Shown: positions 1 to 9,990 of the stretch, piece by piece | Layout: the number at the start of each line of letters is the position of its first letter | How positions within the stretch are numbered: position 1 is the first letter of the stretch | Assembly: GCA_023703655.1 (NCBI GenBank) | Contig: CP097973.1 | Coordinates: 798,170-862,169, forward strand | DNA: 64,000 nt | Reading direction: 5' to 3' | Origin: SAR86 cluster bacterium | Lineage (GTDB): Bacteria > Pseudomonadota > Gammaproteobacteria > Magnimaribacterales > D2472 | Made by a program: the position numbers and the translations under genes | Notes under the pieces: model-generated | Databases searched by the model: none | Seen by the model: only the letters and a program-made list of their open reading frames with translations | Told to the model about the DNA's origin: nothing

Positions 1-350
1 GTGAAAATACCATGGTTTCTTACATCACGCATGTTGTAGTCAATGGGGATACTATTCTCAACATCAGTCAAAAGTATGGTGTAAGTGATAAAGATATTAT
101 GTCAGATAACAACATAGCCGCAGGAAAAGGTCTAAATCTTGGTGATGAACTTAAAATCACAAAAATTAAAAGACAATCACTTAACTCAAAAGGAAGAATA
201 ATTTTATATAGTGTTAAGCAAGGAGATACCTTATATAAAATCTCAGAAATGTTTAATATGAAAATAGTTGATATTGTAGAGTTGAATGATATAGAGAATA
301 AGCCTTTAATGCCAGGTCAAATTTTAAGATTGATTCTTCAATCAATTTAA
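1..350 (+). CDS. LysM-repeat peptidoglycan-binding protein, C-terminal fragment (MltD/NlpD-like tail); gene probably starts upstream of the window
   Basis: Two LysM-type repeats (HVVVNGDTILNISQKYGV... and YSVKQGDTLYKISEMFNM...LMPGQIL). The frame of ATG-12 stays open back to nt 3. Confidence 0.7.
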   Translation, partial: ENTMVSYITHVVVNGDTILNISQKYGVSDKDIMSDNNIAAGKGLNLGDELKITKIKRQSLNSKGRIILYSVKQGDTLYKISEMFNMKIVDIVELNDIENKPLMPGQILRLILQSI

Positions 351-1198
351 TCTGATGATATTTTTGGATCAAGAGCATCTCTTAATCCATCACCAAAAAA
401 GTTAAGAGCAAATAATGTAATGGTGAATGTAAGTCCTGGAAAAATTAATAGCCACGAATATTCTTCCATCGATTCGACTCCGTATCGTATTAATGTGCCC
501 CAACTACTCATTGGAGGCTGAACTCCTAATCCAAGAAAACTTAAAAATGCTTCAAGCAACATAACTTGTGGGATAGTTAAAGTTGCATACACGGCAATTG
601 GACCTAATATATTAGGAAAAATATGCCTTATAAATAATCTATTATTTGGCACACCCAAGGCCTGAGCTGCCTGCACATATTCTAGACCCTTAATTGTTAT
701 AACTTGTGCTCTTACAATTCGAGCCATAGTTAACCATTCTACTGCTCCAATTGCTGCAAATAATAACCAAATATTTCTACCAAAAATAACCATTAATAAA
801 ATAATAAAGATAACAAAAGGAAGCCCATAAAGAATATCTACTATTCTCATCATAATTGAATCAATCCTACCGCCGTAATATCCAGCAATTATTCCCCAGG
901 TTACCCCAATAATTAATGCTACAAATGTCGCGACAAAACCAACCATTAATGAAACACGCGCACCATATAAAATCCTACTAAATAAATCTCTTCCAAGTGT
1001 ATCTGTGCCTAAAAAGTGCTCTGCTGAAGGAGCAGTAGCTCCTAATGATAGATTTTGGTAAGCATATGAATGCGTGGCGATAAACGGTGCAAAAATAGCT
1101 GACAGAATCAAAAGAGTTAAAATAACTGCACTAATCATAGCAGCCCGATTTGCAAGCAATCTTCTTAATGCATCACTCCATAAGCTATTATTTTGCAT
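347..1198 (-). CDS. Oligopeptide/dipeptide ABC transporter permease (OppC/DppC family)
   Basis: 283 aa polytopic membrane protein with an OppC-type N-terminus (LWSDALRRLLANRAAMISAVIL) and a BPD-transporter EAA-like loop (VQAAQALGVPNNRLFIRHIFPN). Start overlaps the stop of the upstream permease by 1 nt. Confidence 0.9.
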   Translation of the reverse strand: MQNNSLWSDALRRLLANRAAMISAVILTLLILSAIFAPFIATHSYAYQNLSLGATAPSAEHFLGTDTLGRDLFSRILYGARVSLMVGFVATFVALIIGVTWGIIAGYYGGRIDSIMMRIVDILYGLPFVIFIILLMVIFGRNIWLLFAAIGAVEWLTMARIVRAQVITIKGLEYVQAAQALGVPNNRLFIRHIFPNILGPIAVYATLTIPQVMLLEAFLSFLGLGVQPPMSSWGTLIRYGVESMEEYSWLLIFPGLTFTITLFALNFFGDGLRDALDPKISSD

Positions 1199-2121
1199 TA
1201 CGTGTTATCCCTTGCTTGAGGGTTCATCAGCAAAACCATAAGATCTGAAAGTAGATTAAATAAAATAATAAGTACAGAAAAGAATATAGTTGTACCTAAA
1301 ATCATGGTGTAGTCTCTATTAAAAGCTGCCTCAACATAAAACCTACCCAAACCAGGTATTTGAAATATGGTTTCTACAACAAATGATCCGCCAATTAAGC
1401 CTGCCATTGCTGGACCTAAGAAGGAGACAACTGGAATTAAGCCTCCTCTCAATGCATGATTAAATACTACTCTAAATTCACTAAGCCCTTTCGCTCTTGC
1501 TGTCCTAATATAATCCTGATTGAGGGTTTCAAGCATACCCCCCCTGCTTAGTCTTGCAATGTAAGCTGCATAAGCAGCACCAAGCGTAATAGATGGAAGG
1601 ATTTTATCGCCTGGAAGTGATCCCCATCCAGACACAGGCAATACTTCAAGATAGATACCAAAAATAAGAACTAATATGGGTCCTAGAAGAAATGTTGGCA
1701 TACAGATTCCTATCATTGCAATTGTCATAGGTATGTAATCCAATGAGGTATTTCTTTTCACCGCTGCAGTCACACCTGACAAAATTCCAATAAATATTGC
1801 TATCAATATTGCATAAAATGCTAACTCAAACGTTGTTGGTAAGCCTGTAAAAATCATTTCTGTAACAGATCTTCCTGGATACCTAAAAGATGGTCCAAAA
1901 TCGCCTTGCGCAAGATTGATCATATAATCTTTGTATTGAACAAGCACAGGTGCATCAAGATTATATGTAGCGTTAAGATTCTTTAACACTTCAGGTGGAA
2001 CAACTTTATCTGCATCAAAAGGACCGCCTGGTGCAAGCCTGATTAAAAAAAATGTGATTGTTGTAACAATTATAATTACAGGGACTGCAATAAGTAATCG
2101 CCTAAAGAAAATACTCAACAT
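1198..2121 (-). CDS. Oligopeptide/dipeptide ABC transporter permease (OppB/DppB family)
   Basis: 307 aa. N-terminus FFRRLLIAVPVIIIVTTITFFLIRLAPGGPF is typical of OppB/DppB; EAA loop YIRTARAKGLSEFRVVFNHALRG. Confidence 0.9.
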   Translation of the reverse strand: MLSIFFRRLLIAVPVIIIVTTITFFLIRLAPGGPFDADKVVPPEVLKNLNATYNLDAPVLVQYKDYMINLAQGDFGPSFRYPGRSVTEMIFTGLPTTFELAFYAILIAIFIGILSGVTAAVKRNTSLDYIPMTIAMIGICMPTFLLGPILVLIFGIYLEVLPVSGWGSLPGDKILPSITLGAAYAAYIARLSRGGMLETLNQDYIRTARAKGLSEFRVVFNHALRGGLIPVVSFLGPAMAGLIGGSFVVETIFQIPGLGRFYVEAAFNRDYTMILGTTIFFSVLIILFNLLSDLMVLLMNPQARDNT

Positions 2122-2123
2122 TG

Positions 2124-3734
2124 TTAGTCTCGCTCTAAATAAACGAATTTAGGATGATGATGATCTAGGAAATTTGGATGCCAACCTTTTACATCACTTG
2201 ATATTTGATATTGTCTCACATATGTATAGATTGGAATGATTGGCATTTCATCAATTAAAATCTTTTCAGCTTGACCTAACAAATCATATCTCAAGGCATT
2301 ATCGTTAGTTGAGTTTGCTTTTTGCATTAATGTCTCATATGTGTCATTAGTCCATCCAGTTTTATTATTTCCTCTGTTAGCTCTTAGTGTGTCTAAAAAA
2401 GTATTTGGGTCAACATAATCACCAATCCATCCTGCACGAGAAATTTGAAAATCACCTATTCTCTCTCTTGATAAATATACCTTCCAATCTTGATTTACTA
2501 ATTCAACATTTATATTTAGATTTTCCTGCCACATTTGCTGAATAGCCAACGCAATTTTCCTGTGACCCTCTTGAGTATTAAATAGTATCTCTAATACTGG
2601 AAAATTTACACCATTTTCATATCCTGCCTCTGCTAGAAGTTGCTTTGCAAGTTCAGGATCATATGGTATTTCGGTATTAGGTTCATATCCAGCTGAGCCA
2701 GGTGGCGTAAATGAATATGCTGGTTGTTGGCCACATTTAGAAACATTATCAACAATCATTTTTCTATCGATAGCGTATGCAAGAGCTTTTCTTACTTTTT
2801 TATTATTTAAAGAATCTATAGTTGTATTCGTTCTATAAAAATACGTTCCCATGTAAGGATCTACTCTTAAGTTTGGATTATTTTGCTCAAGGTAAACAGG
2901 GCATTTTTCCAATGGAACAACATTGGTTACATGAAGTTGTCCAGCCCTAAACATCCTATCTTCAGTGGATTCATTTACTATAGGATAGTAATGAATTTCA
3001 TTAAGTTGCACCTGCTTGTAATCCCAATACATAGGATTTTTATCAACAATAATTTTCTTGTTAAGTTCCCACGATTTTAGTTTCATTGGACCATTGCATA
3101 CAAAGTTACCTGGACGAGTCCATTCACCATTTCTGTTATCTATTTCTCCAAAATTAAGAATTGTTTTTTTATGAACAGGCCATGTTGAATAATGCGATAA
3201 GAGCTTTGTAAAAAATGGTGTTGGTGCTCTCAATGTGACTTTAAGAGTTTTTGCATCAATAGCTTCAACACCCACCTCAGAAAAATCTTGAATTTTTCCA
3301 GCATGATATTCCTCAGCATTTTTTAAATAATAAAGCATATCTGGATATTGAGAGCCGAGCGAGGCAGTTAGGATTCGTTTCCACGACCATACAAAATCCT
3401 CTGCAACCAAGTCATCACCATTTGACCATTTGGCATTGGGCTGAAGAAAGAAAGTATATATCAATCCATCGTCAGATATATCCCATGCTTGTGCAACTCC
3501 AGGAAGATTATCTCCTCCTTTGGGATTAGTGATTGTTAAGCCCTCACATAAAGCAATCAATACATGATGTTCGGGTACACCAGTTGCAATATGAGGATCT
3601 AAACTTTGAGGTTCAGAACCATTGCCCCAATGTAAAATTTGATTGTCTAAGGCTGTATCTAACAAAGGTTCTTGCTGAGAGCAAGATAAGACTGTGATAC
3701 AAAGAAAACAAATGTAGTATTTTTTCATAAGCAA
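2124..3734 (-). CDS. Peptide ABC transporter substrate-binding protein (SBP family 5), predicted lipoprotein
   Basis: 536 aa, OppA/DppA-like throughout. Signal peptide ends in a lipobox (ITVLSC-SQQ). Sits 2 nt upstream of the permease genes. Confidence 0.88.
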   Translation of the reverse strand: MLMKKYYICFLCITVLSCSQQEPLLDTALDNQILHWGNGSEPQSLDPHIATGVPEHHVLIALCEGLTITNPKGGDNLPGVAQAWDISDDGLIYTFFLQPNAKWSNGDDLVAEDFVWSWKRILTASLGSQYPDMLYYLKNAEEYHAGKIQDFSEVGVEAIDAKTLKVTLRAPTPFFTKLLSHYSTWPVHKKTILNFGEIDNRNGEWTRPGNFVCNGPMKLKSWELNKKIIVDKNPMYWDYKQVQLNEIHYYPIVNESTEDRMFRAGQLHVTNVVPLEKCPVYLEQNNPNLRVDPYMGTYFYRTNTTIDSLNNKKVRKALAYAIDRKMIVDNVSKCGQQPAYSFTPPGSAGYEPNTEIPYDPELAKQLLAEAGYENGVNFPVLEILFNTQEGHRKIALAIQQMWQENLNINVELVNQDWKVYLSRERIGDFQISRAGWIGDYVDPNTFLDTLRANRGNNKTGWTNDTYETLMQKANSTNDNALRYDLLGQAEKILIDEMPIIPIYTYVRQYQISSDVKGWHPNFLDHHHPKFVYLERD

Positions 3735-3743
3735 CTATTATAT

Positions 3744-3770
3744 AAAAAAAGAGGGTCAAAAGACCCTCTT
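3744..3770 (-). terminator. Rho-independent terminator downstream of the 995-aa TonB-dependent receptor
   Basis: 9-bp stem aagagggtc/gaccctctt with a 4-nt loop (3749-3770), followed on the minus strand by a U-run (A-run 3744-3750 on plus). Confidence 0.8.
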
Positions 3771-3788
3771 AATTGAACAAATACTAAC

Positions 3789-6776
3789 TTAGTATGAGTA
3801 ACTAATGTTTACAAAAACATAAGTACCAAGTGCATCAAAGTATCCTGGGAATGTATTACCATTACCCGGAGCAGTACCTGCACTTGATGTATATACTGGA
3901 TCTTCATCCAATATATTACTTGCACCAGCAGTAAAGGACATGCTATCGCTGAACTGATAGTTTACTGTTACATCAAAGTAAGTTTTGTCTTCAAAATCAA
4001 TTGCAGTGGTATTAAGATCCTCGGTTTCACCTAAGTATCTCATTCCAAATACATAATCAAGATTACCTCTTGATAGAGATGCTGTGTAGTTACCAGCAAC
4101 TTCAGGCATTGGGTTTTTACCACAAGATTTACCGTAATAACCAGCACATTCAATTGCTGCTTCACCTGGCATAACAGTAAGTTCATTTGATTCTGTAAAT
4201 GTAGTAATACCTTTAATATCAATTGGGCCAAGGCCGGTTTCTAGCATGTAGTCGAAAATTAAATCGAAACCAGTCATAGATTCTTCAGCAACGTTTGTGT
4301 TCGTTGTGATAATTTGACCTGGAGATACCCATAGAGTACCTGCAATTGGATCCCTTTCAATAAGGTTACAGAATGTTGGGTTACCAGTTTCAAGACAGTT
4401 TTTCAATGATGTTGAAGCTGGAATAGTACCAATCTTATCTTCAACAACAATGTCAAAGTAATCTAGTGTCAAAGTAAGGCCTGGAATTGCATCAGGTGTT
4501 AACACAATACCAATAGTTGTAGATTCTGATTCCTCAGGAACAAGGTTTGGATTACCACCAGTCAAGATGTTGTACTGATCGGCTGGTGATTTTAGATCAC
4601 TACCGTACAAGCTTGCAGGCAAGCCAGTATTAGCACATTGAGCTTGGGTATATGAAGGTCCAATATTTGTTTCAGGATCAGTACCACAAGGATCTGGATC
4701 TAAATCTGTTAAGCCTGATCCCTGACCTCTATATAGCTCAGTGATACTTCCATGTCTTGTAGCTGTTTGCACTGTTGCACGCAAAGATACTTGATCATTC
4801 ACTTGATAATAACCACCAAGCTTAAATGCATCAGTATCATTACCAGTTGAGTAGTCTGCAAATCTAAGACCAGCTTCAAGGTTAAAGTTATCTCTAACAG
4901 GTAGACCAAGTTCTACGAACCACTCTTTTACATCATAGCCACCGGCTAATGCAACAATTGGTCCACCGGCACCAGTTCTATCAGCAGCCTGAGACGAAGC
5001 GTCAGGTCTATAATCTGATTCAAGCTCTCTTGTTTCATAACCAAGAACCATACTCATAGGTCCAGGAGCACCAGGTAATTCAAAACCAGTTTCACCTTCT
5101 ACGAAGGCTTGAATAACTGTTTCACTTGAATCACCATTGATGAAGTTTGGTACAGCCATATAAGTTTGAATCTCTGGATTGGCATCATGTATTGCTTGGA
5201 TACCACCATCTCTTGGTAAACCACCAGAGAACAGGTTATAAGGTATACAATCAGGATCAGAGCCATCAAGCACTGATACACAAGTTGGAACTCCAGCAAC
5301 GCTAATTACGTTTGTAGCTCTTTTAAGTTTAGTTACTGATAAATCATTTTGGATCTCTTGTTGATACTCAACATCTGAAGTCTGGTAAGAAACATCATAT
5401 CTCCAGTTATCATTAAGATCACCTCTTAGACCTATTGCGTAGGTTAGATTTTCAAAACTTTGAGTGAATTTCCTAGGCCCACCTTCTACGTTTCTTTTTA
5501 AACTTCTGATTGGAGCATGATAGTCAATGATTGAACCATCAGCAACTTGAGAGTTTAAGCTAGAAATATATGCTAAAGCAGCAGATCCAGTTGCAAAATC
5601 AGGAGCATGTGCACCACCCATGCCTGTCCAGTTTCCACAAACTAGTTGATATTGTTGAGCTGACATATTTGCGTTATAACAAGGGACTTTTCTTAAATCA
5701 CCAAATGTACCTGAATATGCTATCTGAGATATTGAATCATTAGAGGTATATCTCATGTCAACATAAAGCTCAGCATTATCAGATAAAGTATATTTGCTGA
5801 AGAACCCAGTATTGATTTTATCTAAAGGTCTTTGATAATGGTTTGTTGGGTTATAGTTATATAACTGACCAGCACGAGGTACAAATTCATCACCAAGTAC
5901 TTTTACATCAAATTTGTAATCTGAAACAGATGTATCAATTGGAGTAAAGCCTTTGCTTGCATATCCAAAGTCATACCATCTTCCAGGTGGGATTGTTGAT
6001 GAACCACCGCAACGTGTGTCACCGCCACTTAAAGCACAAGCACCACCATCATATGCACCCTGTAAAATTGGATCAGCATTTACATGCTCAAAGAAAGCTG
6101 TAATGTGACCTTCTCCATCATTAATTGATCCACCAAATGCAATAGACAGTTTCAATGTGTCACCCTCAGTCACTGAAGATGGAGCTTTCTTATAACCATA
6201 CTGGTCATGAAGTGCTCTTAACTTACTATTATCATTTTCGTGAACGTAGAATGAATTTGTTGCGCTAGCTTTAAATCCAGTGAAATCATCATCAAGAATG
6301 AAGTTAACAACACCAGCAACAGCATCAGATCCATAAACAGATGTAGCACCACCAGTTAAGACTTCAACTCTCTCAAGCAATAAAGCTGGAACCTGACTTA
6401 AATCTGCACAACTCCCGCCACTTGAAGTACCTGGAGCCATTCTTTTTCCGTTGATCAAAACCAGAGTTCTAGAACATCCTTGGTTCCTAAGGTTTGCAGT
6501 TGCAGTACCGTTCGAACCATTAGCTGTCTGAGCAATCTGACCAGGAGAAAGTTGAGGTAAATCGTTTAATACTTCCTCAATTCTAACAGCACCTCTATTA
6601 TCAATATCCTCAGCAGTTACAACTTGAACCTGTGAAGTACTAACAATATTTGGGTTAGTTATACGTGAACCTGTTACTACTACTTCTTCAACATCTTCAT
6701 CTGAATCCTGAGCCATTGAAAACGGCACAAATGTTAAAGCCAATAGTGGCAACAATAAAAATCGTAATTTTTCCAT
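3789..6776 (-). CDS. TonB-dependent outer-membrane receptor (995 aa)
   Basis: Signal peptide, acidic linker and TonB-box/plug start (DEDVEEVVVTGSRI), plug motifs (VEVLTGGATSVYGSDAVAGVVNFI), long beta-barrel with aromatic C-terminus. Strong SD agaggga upstream. Confidence 0.93.
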   Translation of the reverse strand: MEKLRFLLLPLLALTFVPFSMAQDSDEDVEEVVVTGSRITNPNIVSTSQVQVVTAEDIDNRGAVRIEEVLNDLPQLSPGQIAQTANGSNGTATANLRNQGCSRTLVLINGKRMAPGTSSGGSCADLSQVPALLLERVEVLTGGATSVYGSDAVAGVVNFILDDDFTGFKASATNSFYVHENDNSKLRALHDQYGYKKAPSSVTEGDTLKLSIAFGGSINDGEGHITAFFEHVNADPILQGAYDGGACALSGGDTRCGGSSTIPPGRWYDFGYASKGFTPIDTSVSDYKFDVKVLGDEFVPRAGQLYNYNPTNHYQRPLDKINTGFFSKYTLSDNAELYVDMRYTSNDSISQIAYSGTFGDLRKVPCYNANMSAQQYQLVCGNWTGMGGAHAPDFATGSAALAYISSLNSQVADGSIIDYHAPIRSLKRNVEGGPRKFTQSFENLTYAIGLRGDLNDNWRYDVSYQTSDVEYQQEIQNDLSVTKLKRATNVISVAGVPTCVSVLDGSDPDCIPYNLFSGGLPRDGGIQAIHDANPEIQTYMAVPNFINGDSSETVIQAFVEGETGFELPGAPGPMSMVLGYETRELESDYRPDASSQAADRTGAGGPIVALAGGYDVKEWFVELGLPVRDNFNLEAGLRFADYSTGNDTDAFKLGGYYQVNDQVSLRATVQTATRHGSITELYRGQGSGLTDLDPDPCGTDPETNIGPSYTQAQCANTGLPASLYGSDLKSPADQYNILTGGNPNLVPEESESTTIGIVLTPDAIPGLTLTLDYFDIVVEDKIGTIPASTSLKNCLETGNPTFCNLIERDPIAGTLWVSPGQIITTNTNVAEESMTGFDLIFDYMLETGLGPIDIKGITTFTESNELTVMPGEAAIECAGYYGKSCGKNPMPEVAGNYTASLSRGNLDYVFGMRYLGETEDLNTTAIDFEDKTYFDVTVNYQFSDSMSFTAGASNILDEDPVYTSSAGTAPGNGNTFPGYFDALGTYVFVNISYSY

Positions 6777-6914
6777 AATTCTTCCCTCTAAAATAAGAAT
6801 ATTTCGTTAAATGTAACATATTTATGACAAAATTTACATTTTTGCGACAATAACTATTCAAAAAATAATTGTTGTGCTTAATTTGAGTTATGATGGTGTT
6901 TTTTTAGTAAAGAG

Positions 6915-7700
6915 ATGTTTTTAGAGGGGAAAAAATTCTTAATTTGCGGATTGGCAAACAAACGTTCTATTGCTGCTGGAATTGCAAAATCAATGACCGA
7001 ACAAGGCGCGCAACTTGCTTTCAGTTATCAAAGTGAGAGATTGAAGCGAAACGTTGAATCTATTGCCAACGAGCTAGGACATGGCATATTGATTGAATGT
7101 GATGTTGCATCTGATAGCAGCATTAAGGATATGTTTAAGATCCTTGAAAAAGATTGGAATAAAATTGACGGCATAATTCACTCAATTGGATTTGCACCAG
7201 CCAATGAATTGGAAGGTGATTATCTCGAATCTGCAACAAGAGAAGGCTTTAAAATTGCTCATGATATAAGTTCTTACAGCTTTACTGCACTTGCTAAAGA
7301 AGGTGCCCACATGTTGAATGAAAATTCAGCTCTTCTAACATTGACTTATCATGGCAGTACTCAATCTCTCCCAAATTACAATGTTATGGGCCTAGCAAAA
7401 GCTAGTTTAGAAGCTAATACAAGATTTCTTGCTGCCTCTCTTGGCAAACAAACTATAAGAGTTAATGCAATATCTGCAGGTCCAATAAAAACTCTTGCGG
7501 CAGCTGGAGTTAAAAATTTTAGAAAGATGCTGAGTTCTTACAATGAAAGAGCTCCATTGGGCAGAACTGTAACTATTGAAGAGGTGGGAAATGTAGCAGC
7601 TTTTTTGTGTTCAGATCTAGCAAGTGGAATAACAGGAGAAATCACTTATGTAGATGCAGGATTTAGCACATCTGCATTATCAGTGCGAGAAGATAGTTAA
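6915..7700 (+). CDS. fabI: Enoyl-[acyl-carrier-protein] reductase (NADH), FabI
   Basis: 261 aa. N-terminus [22 protein letters not shown]; SDR-like Y-x6-K region ([12 protein letters not shown]); full-length FabI-like. Confidence 0.93.
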   Translation: MFLEGKKFLICGLANKRSIAAGIAKSMTEQGAQLAFSYQSERLKRNVESIANELGHGILIECDVASDSSIKDMFKILEKDWNKIDGIIHSIGFAPANELEGDYLESATREGFKIAHDISSYSFTALAKEGAHMLNENSALLTLTYHGSTQSLPNYNVMGLAKASLEANTRFLAASLGKQTIRVNAISAGPIKTLAAAGVKNFRKMLSSYNERAPLGRTVTIEEVGNVAAFLCSDLASGITGEITYVDAGFSTSALSVREDS

Positions 7701-9568
7701 GATTCGGTTGGACTTAAATTTTTAATATTGACTTTTAAGTTTTCTCTAAGTTTTTGATCAAAGAGAAGTGAGTTCCTCTGACTATTAAATTGCTCAAAAT
7801 ATTCACCATACAAGTCAATCTTTTCATTTATATCAAATTCACTAGGTTCATTCTCTTCTAAAATAAGAACCCAATATTTACTTCCATCAAAAGATGAAAT
7901 ATTAAAATATTCTCCTACTTGCAAACTAAAAACTTGCTCAAGAACATCGCTTGATACAATAGATGAATTTCTAGTAATTTCTTTGAAAGTATCTGCATTA
8001 AAACCAATTGGTAAACTTTGATCTGAATCATTTTTTAAAACACTTTCAGCGTATTCATCTACTTTGTTGAGTTCAACTAATGATTTTGTTGTTCTTACCT
8101 CTGCAAGTGCTTTTTCAACTACATTCTCAAAAAGTTCAATTTGTGGGTTAATTATCTCAGTCAATTCAATGACAATAAAACCATCATCTTGCTCAACAAC
8201 TTCTATGTCTCCAGGTTGAAAATTATTTGAATAAAGCGCGCTGATGTTATCAAAGCCATCAAATACTTCTTGAAGAGTTGCCTGCTCAATAGGATCTGTG
8301 ATCTGACTTGGAGATGATAATATAAGCTCAAGATTAGCTAACGAAGATCCAGATAAAATTTGGTCTTCAACATTTGTAAGCAACTCATCCACTCTGTCAG
8401 CTGTTTCAAGGTCTAGAAGCTCTTTTCTTAAGGAATCGATCATTTCTTCATAGCTCAGCAATTCATCACTCAATAATTCAGTGAACTTAATAATGTGAAT
8501 GGTATCCTCAAGCTCAATAACATTGGATATAGAACCTAATTCCATTTCAAGAAGAGCCAACTCAAATTCCTCAGGGAATGCATCTCCTGAGGAGAAACCT
8601 AAATCACCAAAAACATCTATTGAAGCATCATCTTGACTGAGTGATTCAACAGCTTTATCAAAGCTCAACTCACCAGCTAGGATTTTTGATTTAGTTTCTT
8701 TAAGAATTGAAACTGCCTGATCTACATCATCAAAATTCTCCTTCTCAAGCATAATATGCGATATTCTTTTTTGAATGTTTTCTTTGCTTTGTGCGGCATA
8801 GTCCTTGTAGCTTGCAAGAATATCAGCATCATTAATCTGAATATCTGATTGCAGTGTTGATTGTTTCAACTCAATAAATTTAAATTGTCTTTTTTCCTCA
8901 GATAAAAAAACTAATTGATTGTTATTATAATATTCCTCGGCTTCTATTAATGAAGCGTCTTGTCGATCAGATATCTCATTTAAGTCAGCTTTAATGAATT
9001 TAATGTCTCTTTTAGTTTCCATAGCTCGAATAAAATCTATTCTTTCTTGATCGATTATTATGTTGGCGTTGTTAACAGTATCTATTATGTTATTGGCAGA
9101 AAGACTATTTTGAACCAAATCAATATATTCTTCTGGCAATAAACCTGCTCCTCGAATAGTGGCCTCAAAAATTGCCTCACTAAATTTGTTATCCTGATCT
9201 TTGAAGTCATCAAATTTGATGATCTCCTTTTTAGCGTCATCCACTGAAATTTCTAAGCCATTAGATCTTGCAGCAGACTGAATAATTTTTTGTCCTATTA
9301 TTTGGTTCTCTAATAGTCTTACAAACTGCTCTGCATCGATTTGATCAATAGTAAATTCGTCTCCAAAAATAGATTGATATTGCCTTTCAATTTGACCAGA
9401 AGCCGATTGAATATCTGTTTGAGTAACCTCGAGACCATTAACAGTTCCATAATTTGTGAAAATAGATCCAACGGTTGAATTTCCAAGAAACACAAATGGA
9501 ATAGCCAGTAAACCAACTACTACAAACAATGTGTTACCTGATAAAAAATTTCTTAACTTTTCGAGCAT
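7697..9568 (-). CDS. ppiD: Periplasmic chaperone / peptidyl-prolyl isomerase PpiD
   Basis: 623 aa with an N-terminal membrane anchor ([17 protein letters not shown]) and a SurA-like/parvulin-like architecture. Occupies the conserved position after lon-hupB. Confidence 0.85.
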   Translation of the reverse strand: MLEKLRNFLSGNTLFVVVGLLAIPFVFLGNSTVGSIFTNYGTVNGLEVTQTDIQSASGQIERQYQSIFGDEFTIDQIDAEQFVRLLENQIIGQKIIQSAARSNGLEISVDDAKKEIIKFDDFKDQDNKFSEAIFEATIRGAGLLPEEYIDLVQNSLSANNIIDTVNNANIIIDQERIDFIRAMETKRDIKFIKADLNEISDRQDASLIEAEEYYNNNQLVFLSEEKRQFKFIELKQSTLQSDIQINDADILASYKDYAAQSKENIQKRISHIMLEKENFDDVDQAVSILKETKSKILAGELSFDKAVESLSQDDASIDVFGDLGFSSGDAFPEEFELALLEMELGSISNVIELEDTIHIIKFTELLSDELLSYEEMIDSLRKELLDLETADRVDELLTNVEDQILSGSSLANLELILSSPSQITDPIEQATLQEVFDGFDNISALYSNNFQPGDIEVVEQDDGFIVIELTEIINPQIELFENVVEKALAEVRTTKSLVELNKVDEYAESVLKNDSDQSLPIGFNADTFKEITRNSSIVSSDVLEQVFSLQVGEYFNISSFDGSKYWVLILEENEPSEFDINEKIDLYGEYFEQFNSQRNSLLFDQKLRENLKVNIKNLSPTES

Positions 9569-9586
9569 TTACGACGGCTATAATAT

Positions 9587-9613
9587 AAAAAAAAGGGTGC
9601 AATAGCACCCTTT
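9587..9613 (-). terminator. Rho-independent terminator of hupB
   Basis: 9-bp stem aaagggtgc/gcacccttt with loop aata (9592-9613), then a U-run on the minus strand (A-run 9587-9594 on plus). Confidence 0.8.
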
Positions 9614-9630
9614 CCTAACAAAAAAATTGT

Positions 9631-9909
9631 TTACCCTGCTTTAACTTTATCTTTGAGGGCTTTACCTGCTTTAAAACCTGGTACCTTAGATGCAGGAATA
9701 TGCATTGGCGCACCTGTTTGTGGATTTCTTCCATCCCTGGCAGCTCTGTGTCTTACAGAAAATGTTCCAAACCCAACCAGCGCTACAGAATCTCCGCTAC
9801 CTAAAGCATCTCCAATTGCTCCGATTGTTGCATCAACTGCTCTGGCAGCATCAGCTTTTGACATATCAGTAGCACTTGCAACTGAATCAACTAAATCAGA
9901 TTTATTCAT
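9631..9909 (-). CDS. hupB: Nucleoid-associated DNA-binding protein HU
   Basis: 92 aa. MNKSDLVD...[21 protein letters not shown] is the canonical HU/IHF fold signature. lon-hupB-ppiD synteny. Confidence 0.95.
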   Translation of the reverse strand: MNKSDLVDSVASATDMSKADAARAVDATIGAIGDALGSGDSVALVGFGTFSVRHRAARDGRNPQTGAPMHIPASKVPGFKAGKALKDKVKAG

Positions 9910-9990
9910 GTTATCTCCTCTCCTAAAAAATGTGATATATCTATGAAAATCGATCCATTGGGAAAAGTCAAGCTAATTAAAGGAATCTTA

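Noticed and set aside
2883-5299. Short ORFs nested in or antisense to the SBP and TBDR genes (2883-3080 +, 4040-4231 -, 5099-5299 -). Similar nested ORFs occur in lon, clpX, htpG, folE, dnaX, recR, sppA, dsbD, ACAD, SDR and GH16.
   Set aside because: All lie fully inside long, motif-supported genes in other frames. They have low-complexity or Leu/Ile/Lys-rich translations typical of AT-rich off-frames and no independent signals.
9653-9946. 97-aa and 60-aa plus-strand ORFs antisense to hupB.
   Set aside because: They are shadow ORFs on the opposite strand of a relatively GC-rich, clearly coding HU gene. They have Ala/Pro/Leu-rich low-complexity translations and no start context.
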